Position numbers and translations under genes: made by a program
Notes under the pieces: generated by a model
Databases searched by the model: none
What the model saw: the letters and a program-made list of their open reading frames with translations, nothing else
What the model was told of the DNA's origin: nothing
In this document: positions 57,073 through 64,000 of the stretch, in pieces
How the letters are laid out: the number at the start of each line of letters is the position of its first letter
Position numbering within the stretch: the first letter of the stretch is position 1
From: Thermoplasmatota archaeon
GTDB taxonomy: Archaea; Thermoplasmatota; Thermoplasmata; UBA10834
Assembly: GCA_040751795.1 (NCBI GenBank)
Contig: JBFMHR010000005.1
Span: 192,001-256,000, forward strand
Length of the DNA: 64,000 bases
Reading direction: 5' to 3'

Positions 57073-57498
57073 CTACTCCCTTATGACAACATCTATCTTG
57101 ATGCCCTGCCGGACCGAGGCCGTGACTATGCAGAAGTCCTCGAACATGGTCAGGCACCGCTTCAACTTTTCTCGGTCAGATTCACTCACCTTCGGCTTCA
57201 TGGTGACCTTTATGCCTTCAATCCGCCACCTGCCCCTCTCGTTCCTCGTGAGGGACGTCTCCACGTCCGCCTCGAGGTCCTCCGCCTCGACCCGGGACTT
57301 GCTCAGGCAGAACAGGAGGCTCGCGCTGAGGCAGTGCCCCACGGCGGAGGAGAGCATCATGCTCGCGTTGGGGGCGGACGAGCCCCCCAGGGGCGCGGGC
57401 TCGTCCATGCTTACGGTCCCCTTGTCCCACTCGTCGAAGGAGATCTCGAACCTGTAGCCGTCCCTGCGCCTGATGTGGGCGTGTATCTTCTCGTTCAT
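57073..57498 (-). CDS. OsmC/Ohr-family protein
   Basis: DEP.PLGG...P.....S.VG.C; C...FEDFC.VT.SV. Confidence 0.88.
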   Translation of the reverse strand: MNEKIHAHIRRRDGYRFEISFDEWDKGTVSMDEPAPLGGSSAPNASMMLSSAVGHCLSASLLFCLSKSRVEAEDLEADVETSLTRNERGRWRIEGIKVTMKPKVSESDREKLKRCLTMFEDFCIVTASVRQGIKIDVVIRE

Positions 57499-57644
57499 TC
57501 CCTGCCCCCGGCCTTAATCGACCGCCGCGCCTAAGTCTTTTCCCCGTCCCGGCGCCCCAGCATAACCCAAGTCCAGTTCGCTGGAGAACCTAGAAATACG
57601 CCGGAGCATGATTGCTCGCCACCCATCGGACGAGGCGTGGTGCA

Positions 57645-59075
57645 TTGAACGGCAAGGTCAGGAGAGAGCGCGACTCCCTCGGGGAGAGGGAGGTCCCCAA
57701 GGACGCCTACTACGGCATACAGACCCTGAGGGCCGTCGAGAACTTCCCGGTCAGCGGCATCATGGCCAGGCCGGAGTTCATCAACGCGTACGCGATGGTG
57801 AAGAAGGCCGCCGCCCTGGCGAACATGGAGATCGGGTGGCTCGAGCCCTACGTCGCGGAGGCGATAGTCGCCGCGTGCGACGAGATAATGGCGGGGGAAC
57901 TGCACGACCAGTTCGTCGTCGACGACTTCCAGGCGGGCGCCGGCACGTCGTTCAACATGAACGCGAACGAGGTCATCGCCAACCGCGCCCTCGAGCTGGT
58001 GGGCAGGCAGAAGGGCGACTACTCGGCCATCCACCCCAACGACCACGTGAACATGTCCCAGTCCACCAACGACACCTACCCGACGGCGATGAGGCTCTGC
58101 ATACTCATCATCGCCCAGGACCTCCTCGACAACCTGGAGGTCCTCAGGCGGGCCTTCATGCGCAAGGGCATGGAGTTCCAGAGGATACTGAAGTCGGGGA
58201 GGACCCACCTCATGGACGCGCTCCCCGTCACCCTGGGCCAGGAGTTCATGGCCTACTCCGTCGCGGTGAAGAAGGCGAGGGACCAGCTCAAGGGCACGCT
58301 GAAGCTCCTCGAGGAGATGCCCATGGGCGCGACCGCCGTGGGCACCGGCGCCAACACCCACCCGGACTACCAGAGGCTCGTCGTGAAGCACCTCAGGGCC
58401 ATCACCAGCCTGAACCTCATAGAGTCGGAGGACCCGAGGGAGGCCCTCCAGAGCAGGCTCTGCGTCGCCAGCGTCTCGAGCTCGCTGAGGGACCTGGCCC
58501 TGGAGCTCATAAGGATCTCCAACGACCTCAGGCTCATGAACTCGGGCCCGACCACGGGCCTCGCGGAGATCAGGCTGCCCGAGACCCAGCCCGGCTCCAG
58601 CATCATGCCGGGGAAGGTCAACCCGGTGATGGTCGAGTGCATGAACATGATCTCGTTCCAGATCGTCGGCAACGACATCGCCGTCGCCATGGCCGTCCAG
58701 GCGGGCCAGTTCGAGCTCAACGTCATGAACCCGGTCATGGTCCACAACCTCCTCGAGTCGATGGTCCTGCTCAACAACTACCTGCCAGTCTTCGTGGACA
58801 AGTGCGTCAAGGGCATCGAGGCCAACGAGGACAAGTGCAGGTCCTACCTCGAGAAGAACCCCTCCCTCGCCACCTTCCTCCAGCCGCACATAGGCTACGA
58901 GAAGGCGGCGGAGATCGCCAAGGAGGCGATGAAGAGGAGGATGTCCATCAGGGACCTGGTCCTGGAGAAGGGCGTCATGACCAGGGAGCAGGTCGACAGC
59001 ATATTCGACTGGGAGTACCTCAGCGGCTCCCAGAAGGTGGACAAGCGGTACAAGGGGAACGGGCCTTCCAGATAA
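57645..59075 (+). CDS. Aspartate ammonia-lyase or class II fumarase
   Basis: YYGIQT.RA.ENF; GTS.NMN.NEV; VN.SQSTND; GRTHLMDA; GSSIMPGKVNP; GATAVGTG leans toward AspA but is not decisive. Confidence 0.9.
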   Translation: MNGKVRRERDSLGEREVPKDAYYGIQTLRAVENFPVSGIMARPEFINAYAMVKKAAALANMEIGWLEPYVAEAIVAACDEIMAGELHDQFVVDDFQAGAGTSFNMNANEVIANRALELVGRQKGDYSAIHPNDHVNMSQSTNDTYPTAMRLCILIIAQDLLDNLEVLRRAFMRKGMEFQRILKSGRTHLMDALPVTLGQEFMAYSVAVKKARDQLKGTLKLLEEMPMGATAVGTGANTHPDYQRLVVKHLRAITSLNLIESEDPREALQSRLCVASVSSSLRDLALELIRISNDLRLMNSGPTTGLAEIRLPETQPGSSIMPGKVNPVMVECMNMISFQIVGNDIAVAMAVQAGQFELNVMNPVMVHNLLESMVLLNNYLPVFVDKCVKGIEANEDKCRSYLEKNPSLATFLQPHIGYEKAAEIAKEAMKRRMSIRDLVLEKGVMTREQVDSIFDWEYLSGSQKVDKRYKGNGPSR

Positions 59076-59148
59076 CCTATAAATACGCACTGCCCTTTTT
59101 CAAGCGCAGTGCTCCACGTGCGGCGCATGGCGGTGGAGGTGTGACATT

Positions 59149-59940
59149 ATGGACTGGGGTTTGAGGAACAGGATGTCGAGGATCATAAGGCCGGAGGACG
59201 GGCGCTCGGTCATGCTCGCGGTGGACCACGGGTACTTCCTGGGCCCGACGAGCAGGCTCGAGGTCCCGCGGAAGACGATCATGCCGCTGGCCCCGTTCGC
59301 CGACTCGGTCATGCTCACGCGCGGGGTGCTCCGCTCCTCCGTCGACCCGACCATCTGCAACTCGGTGGTGCTCAGGGTCTCGGGAGGCGCCAGCATCGTC
59401 GGCGAGGACCTCTCCAACGAGGGCATAACCACCAGCGTCGAGGACGCGCTCAGGCTCAACGCGTCCGGCATAGCCCTCTCCATATTCGTGGGCAGCAAGC
59501 ACGAGCGCCAGACCCTCCTCGCCCTCTCCGAGCTCGTGGACGAGGGGCAGAAGCACGGGATGCCCGTGCTCGCGGTGACGGCCGTCGGAAAGGAGATCGG
59601 CCAGAAGGACGCGAGGTACCTCGCGCTCGCCTCCAGGATAGCCGCCGAGATAGGCGCGCACATCGTCAAGACCTACTACTGCGAGGACTTCGGGAAGGTC
59701 GTCGAGAGCTGCCCCGTCCCCATCGTCGTGGCGGGCGGCAAGAAGATCCCGGAGAAGGACGCCCTCGAGCTCACCTACAACTCGATGAAGGCCGGCGCGG
59801 CCGGCGTGGACATGGGGAGGAACATCTGGCAGTCGGACCACCCCGTGGCCATGATCAAGTCGGTCAGGCAGATCGTCCACGAGGACGCGACCGCGAAGGA
59901 AGCCTACGAGACCTTCAAGAAGCTCTCGAAGGGGAAGTGA
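59149..59940 (+). CDS. lsrF: LsrF-like class I (DhnA-type) aldolase/thiolase
   Basis: MDWG..NR.SRI....G..VMLA.DHGYF.GP; VKTYY; PIV.AGGKK; GVDMGRNI.Q. Confidence 0.85.
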   Translation: MDWGLRNRMSRIIRPEDGRSVMLAVDHGYFLGPTSRLEVPRKTIMPLAPFADSVMLTRGVLRSSVDPTICNSVVLRVSGGASIVGEDLSNEGITTSVEDALRLNASGIALSIFVGSKHERQTLLALSELVDEGQKHGMPVLAVTAVGKEIGQKDARYLALASRIAAEIGAHIVKTYYCEDFGKVVESCPVPIVVAGGKKIPEKDALELTYNSMKAGAAGVDMGRNIWQSDHPVAMIKSVRQIVHEDATAKEAYETFKKLSKGK

Positions 59941-59962
59941 GCCAGCGGAAGGACCGGGCGGC

Positions 59963-60994
59963 ATGAAGATGCGCGTCGCGATGTACTACAGCAACAGGGA
60001 CGTGAGGCTCCAGGAGCTCCCGAGGCCGGAGCCGGGGCCCGGCGAGATGCTCGTCAAGGTCATCGCCAGCGGCATCTGCGGAAGCGACGTCATGGAGTGG
60101 TACCGGATCAAGAAGGCGCCGCTCGTGCTGGGCCACGAGATCGCTGGCGACATAGCCGAGGTCGGCGCCGGCGTGACCAGGTACAGGGTCGGCGACCGCG
60201 TGTTCGTCTCGCACCACGTGCCCTGCGGTACCTGCAAGTACTGCAGGAGCGGGCACCACTCCGCGTGCGACACGCTCAGGAAGACCAACTTCCATCCAGG
60301 CGGGTTCGCCGAGTTCGTCCGCATCCCCAGGATCAACGTCGAGAAGGGCGTCTCCGTGCTCCCTCCGGAGCTCACCTACGACGACGGCGTCTTCATAGAG
60401 CCGCTCGCGTGCGTCGTCCGCGGCCTCAGGATGGCCAGGTTCGAGCCCGGCACGACGGTGCTGGTCCTCGGGAGCGGCATAGCGGGCCTGCTGAACATCA
60501 AGCTCGCCAAGGCCCTCGGTGCGGGGAGGGTGGTCGCCACGGACGTGTCGCGGTACAGGCTGGACGCCGCGAGGAGGTTCGGGGCCGACGCCGTCATAGA
60601 CGCGTCGCAGGACGTGCCAGCGAAGGTCCGCGAGGCGAACGGCGGCCTGCCGGCCGACCTGGTCGTCGTGTCGACGGGGGCGACGCCCGCGATCCGCCAG
60701 TCCTTCTCGTGCGTGGACCGCGGCGGCACCATACTCATGTTCGCGCCGCCGATGCCGGGGGTCGAGGTCCCGGTGCCCTTCGGCGACATCTGGAAGGACG
60801 AGGTCACGATAACCACCACCTACGCCGGCAGCCCCCAGGACATCGCCGAGGCGATCGAGCTGCTCAGGAGCGGGAGGGTGAAGGTCGCGGACATGGTCAC
60901 CCACAGGCTGCCGCTGGCCGAGACGGGCAAGGGCTTCGAGCTGGTGGCGAAGGCCGGCGAGTCCATCAAGGTGATAGTGGAGCCCCAGAAGTGA
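59963..60994 (+). CDS. Zn-dependent MDR dehydrogenase (sorbitol/threonine dehydrogenase-like)
   Basis: GICGSD; GHE; CGTCKYC.....C; EPLAC; GSGIAG. Confidence 0.9.
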   Translation: MKMRVAMYYSNRDVRLQELPRPEPGPGEMLVKVIASGICGSDVMEWYRIKKAPLVLGHEIAGDIAEVGAGVTRYRVGDRVFVSHHVPCGTCKYCRSGHHSACDTLRKTNFHPGGFAEFVRIPRINVEKGVSVLPPELTYDDGVFIEPLACVVRGLRMARFEPGTTVLVLGSGIAGLLNIKLAKALGAGRVVATDVSRYRLDAARRFGADAVIDASQDVPAKVREANGGLPADLVVVSTGATPAIRQSFSCVDRGGTILMFAPPMPGVEVPVPFGDIWKDEVTITTTYAGSPQDIAEAIELLRSGRVKVADMVTHRLPLAETGKGFELVAKAGESIKVIVEPQK

Positions 60995-61040
60995 CCGTGG
61001 TCGACCGCACTGCTCTTGAGGCAGCACGGGGATACAGGCC

Positions 61041-61979
61041 ATGGTGAATCCGATGGGTCGTTCATCCGAGAGCCCGTCCTCAGACGGGCATGAAGATGCG
61101 AGCACCATGGACCGGGAGCCCCTGCTACCATGGTACTTCGTGGGCGCAGTCGCCATCATATGCGGGGTGGCCTTGGCGGCGATGGCCGTCCTCGGCCCCC
61201 TGGTCCTCGGGGATATAGAGTACAGGACCTCGGCATCGGGCGAATGGCAGATACAGGGAGGGGACCTCGTCAACCTCCTCCTGGTCGTCCCGATCCTGTT
61301 GCTGGGCGGGGTGACGCACCTCATGAGGCGGCCCGGCTCCAAGTATCTCCTGATCCTGCCGCCCGTGACCCTCATGTACACCGGCCTGAGCCTCGGCCTG
61401 GGTCAGGAGTGGGGCAACCCAGCATACGACGGTAACGCAGAGCAGTATGCTTGGCTCTTCCTGATACTCATAGTGGGGGGACTGGTGCTCCTGCTCGCGA
61501 GCCTGTCGATGTTCACGCCTGCGGACGCCCCGCAGTTCAAGCGGAGGACGCTGAGGATATACGTCGCCGTGATGGCGTTGTTCCTCCTGATCTTCGCGGC
61601 AATGTGGCTCTCCGAACTCGTCGAGGTCATGTCCACGGGGGACACGTCCACGGGCTCCTACGAGGCGACCCCGACGCTGTGGTGGGTGGTCAGGTACCTC
61701 GACCTCGGGGTCACGATCCCGCTCGGCTTCATCGGGCTGTTCCTCCTCCTCACCAGGCCAAGGGAGTCCTACCCCCTGGTGCTGCTGTTCTTCGGCTTCT
61801 TCGTGACCCTGGGCACGGCCGTGCTCTCCATGGGCATCATGATGACCCTGAACGACGACCCCGATGCGCAGCCCGGGGGGTTGCCCGTGTTCGGCTTCCT
61901 GGCGGCCTTGTCGTGGGTCGGTCTGCTCTACCTGGTCAAGGACAAGCTCCCGTGGCCGGGGCGCGCCCGGAGGGGATGA
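61041..61979 (+). CDS. Hypothetical polytopic membrane protein (start may be 61107)
   Basis: ~8 TMs; G.D.V.L and Y.LDLG...P motifs. Confidence 0.7.
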   Translation: MVNPMGRSSESPSSDGHEDASTMDREPLLPWYFVGAVAIICGVALAAMAVLGPLVLGDIEYRTSASGEWQIQGGDLVNLLLVVPILLLGGVTHLMRRPGSKYLLILPPVTLMYTGLSLGLGQEWGNPAYDGNAEQYAWLFLILIVGGLVLLLASLSMFTPADAPQFKRRTLRIYVAVMALFLLIFAAMWLSELVEVMSTGDTSTGSYEATPTLWWVVRYLDLGVTIPLGFIGLFLLLTRPRESYPLVLLFFGFFVTLGTAVLSMGIMMTLNDDPDAQPGGLPVFGFLAALSWVGLLYLVKDKLPWPGRARRG

Positions 61980-61989
61980 CGGCTCCTGG

Positions 61990-62625
61990 TCAGAGCACCA
62001 GCCCCGCGGCGAGGACCACGAGCACGCCGAGTGTGTTCAGGGCGAAGGCCACGACCATGAACGTCCTCTCCCTCACGGCGGTGATGCTCGCCAGGAGGGT
62101 GACGCCGACCTCGTCCGGGAGCGGCGAGGCGATGATCAGGCCTGCGATGCCGACGGAGAGGTAGTACGCGAGCCTGGGTGGCATCCTCCTCACGACCAGG
62201 CCGTTGAAGAGCGCGAAGGCCTTCGAGCCCCTGAACTTGTCTATCTCGTCCTGGAAGGTCACCCGTATGAACTTGAAGAGGAGGTAGTCCGACAGGAGCG
62301 CGCCCACGCCCCCGACGGCCGCTGCAACGAAGATGTTCACGTCGTTCGCGATGGTCGCGAGGAGGGCCACTCCGAACGGCGACCCGAAGCCGAAGGCGAA
62401 CATCATCCCCCCGAAGAGCGCCGAGACGTAGCCGAGGTCGCCGAGGCCGTGGAAGTAGGACTGGACGCCCTGGTCCTGGAACAGCGCATAGGCGGCAAAG
62501 GCGACCACGGCCAGCATCATGACCTTGGGGTACTTGACAAGGACGAAGAGGTACCACAGCCCGTCGATCAGCCTCTTGCCCAAGCGCCCCCTGTGGTTCA
62601 TCCCGACCGTTATCCGCGGGAGCAT
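61990..62625 (-). CDS. Membrane protein, possibly DedA/VTT-like
   Basis: GALLSDYLLFKFIR; IIASPLPDE.G; multiple TMs. Confidence 0.6.
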   Translation of the reverse strand: MLPRITVGMNHRGRLGKRLIDGLWYLFVLVKYPKVMMLAVVAFAAYALFQDQGVQSYFHGLGDLGYVSALFGGMMFAFGFGSPFGVALLATIANDVNIFVAAAVGGVGALLSDYLLFKFIRVTFQDEIDKFRGSKAFALFNGLVVRRMPPRLAYYLSVGIAGLIIASPLPDEVGVTLLASITAVRERTFMVVAFALNTLGVLVVLAAGLVL

Positions 62626-62845
62626 AAATCATCCTTGCGCCCGCCCGGCCCCGCGCGGGCTGGCCACGGCTCCGTTCCCCGCAAGCCTTTTCTACCGACC
62701 GCCCGATTCGGCAATCGCGCCGACATCGGCGCGAGGACTGCCCAAGGCTATGGCATTATCTGTGTGGGTCAATTCTCTTTGATACTGCCGAGAATGGTGC
62801 TGGGCTTGTCAAGTGGTCCTTCTGGCGACTGCGAGGTGGAGCGAG

Positions 62846-64000
62846 ATGCCAACGGTAGCAGGCTACGAGAAGGAGTATGTGTCTAGGACCAGGAGATCGA
62901 GGGCGCACTTCGAGAAGGCGAAGGAGCTGCTCCCGGCGGGCGTGGAGAGCAACGTGCGGTTCTTCGAGCCCTACCCGTTCTATGTGAAGAGGGCCAAGGG
63001 GCCGTACATCTACGACCTGGACGGGAACAGGATAGTCGACTTCGCACTGGGCTACGGCCCGATGATACTGGGCCACGACCACCCGGAGGTAATCAAGGCC
63101 GTGAGGGCGCAGGTGGGGAAGGGGACCATGTACGGCGCCTCCTCCGAGCTGGCAACGGAGTACGTCCGCACGGTCCAGAAGGCGATGCCGTCGATCGAGA
63201 TGTTCAGGTTCGCCAACTCGGGGACCGAGGCCACCATGCACCCCATGAGGGTCGCGAGGGCCTACACTGGGAGGGAGAAGATCGCGAAGGCCGAGGGGTC
63301 GTACCACGGGGGCCACGACTACGCGCTCCAGGGCGTCGACATCCCCGGGGACATGCTGAGGGACCCGAGGAGGCAGCCCTCGGTGCCGTTCGGGAAGGGG
63401 ATCCCCCGGAGCATCTCCGACCTCGTGGTGATGTACCAGTTCAACGACTGGGGGGCGACCGAGGAGGTGCTCACGAAGAACGCCGACGAGCTCGCCGCGG
63501 TGATCATCGAGCCCATCCAGGCGGGCGGCGGCTGCTTCGCCCCGCGCGACGGCTATCTGAAGAAGTTGAGGAGGCTCACGAAGGCCCTGGGCATAGTGCT
63601 GATATTCGACGAGGTCCTCACGGGCTTCAGGGTGGCCAGGGGCGGCGCGCAGGAGAGGTACGGCGTGAAGCCGGACATCACGTGCATCGCGAAGATCGCC
63701 GGCGGAGGGTACCAGCTCGGCGGCTTCGGAGGCAGCAGGAGGATCATGGAGGAGATTGTCCCGAGCGAGGACGGGAACGTGTACCACGGCGGGACGTACA
63801 ACGCCCACCCGGTCTCCGTCGCCGCGGGCCTGAGGACGCTCCAGATACTGGGGAAGCCGGGCATCTACGGGGAGATCGACCGGATAGGCGGCTCGCTGTT
63901 CCACGGCCTCAGGGACGTGGCCGAGGACAGGGGCGTCGACGTGTGGGTGGAGTCGGTCGGCTCCATGGGCCAGATGTACTTCACCGACAAGGAGGTCTCG
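62846..64000 (+). CDS. Class III aminotransferase, glutamate-1-semialdehyde aminomutase-like; 3'-truncated by the window and absent from the ORF track
   Basis: Manual translation: MPTVAGYEKEYVSRTRRSRAHFEKAKELLPAGVESNVRFFEPYPF...DLDGN...GPMILGH...FANSGTEA...YHG...LIFDEVLTGFR...AKIAGGG...GGTYNA. Confidence 0.9.
   Translation, partial: MPTVAGYEKEYVSRTRRSRAHFEKAKELLPAGVESNVRFFEPYPFYVKRAKGPYIYDLDGNRIVDFALGYGPMILGHDHPEVIKAVRAQVGKGTMYGASSELATEYVRTVQKAMPSIEMFRFANSGTEATMHPMRVARAYTGREKIAKAEGSYHGGHDYALQGVDIPGDMLRDPRRQPSVPFGKGIPRSISDLVVMYQFNDWGATEEVLTKNADELAAVIIEPIQAGGGCFAPRDGYLKKLRRLTKALGIVLIFDEVLTGFRVARGGAQERYGVKPDITCIAKIAGGGYQLGGFGGSRRIMEEIVPSEDGNVYHGGTYNAHPVSVAAGLRTLQILGKPGIYGEIDRIGGSLFHGLRDVAEDRGVDVWVESVGSMGQMYFTDKEVS

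Noticed and set aside
178-63904. Many long alternative-frame and antisense ORFs in the ORF track (e.g. 4002-6080, 14476-15957, 37199-39574, 37341-39758, 57531-59090, 62756-63904)
   Set aside because: Arg/Gly/Pro-rich shadow frames typical of high-GC DNA, overlapping genes with clear family motifs
1-64000. tRNA, rRNA, IS elements, integrases or proviral genes
   Set aside because: No cloverleaf or T-loop signatures, rRNA-like tracts, or transposase/integrase motifs found by eye; composition is fairly uniform

Overview
64-kb, high-GC window that looks like ordinary archaeal chromosome. Topo VI A/B, a DRG GTPase, PEF-CTERM, DUF1616, PDO and TATA/BRE promoters point to an archaeon. An anaerobic Thermoplasmatota lineage is inferred but not verified. 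About 58 CDSs are supported; I found no rRNA, tRNA, CRISPR array or transposase. Main blocks: (1) three surface proteins, one ending in a cytoplasmic longin/roadblock-like domain; (2) a corrinoid methyltransferase module with two pyrrolysine-free MttB paralogs and a corrinoid protein, flanked by a solute-binding protein/histidine kinase pair and a V4R protein; (3) stress and dormancy genes (rubrerythrin, superoxide reductase, PDO, OsmC, a CBS-HPF fusion); (4) an overlapping pair made of an (NG-L-T)n-repeat/lamin-tail/PEF-CTERM surface protein and a polytopic TPR-wHTH membrane protein; (5) housekeeping and amino-acid metabolism genes (top6AB, hisS, gdhA, arcC, aspA/fumC, lsrF, hemL-like). Manual reading also found micro-ORFs missing from the ORF track, a repeated TGTAC-N10-GTACA operator and several structured intergenic RNA candidates. 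All family calls come from motif recognition, not database searches.
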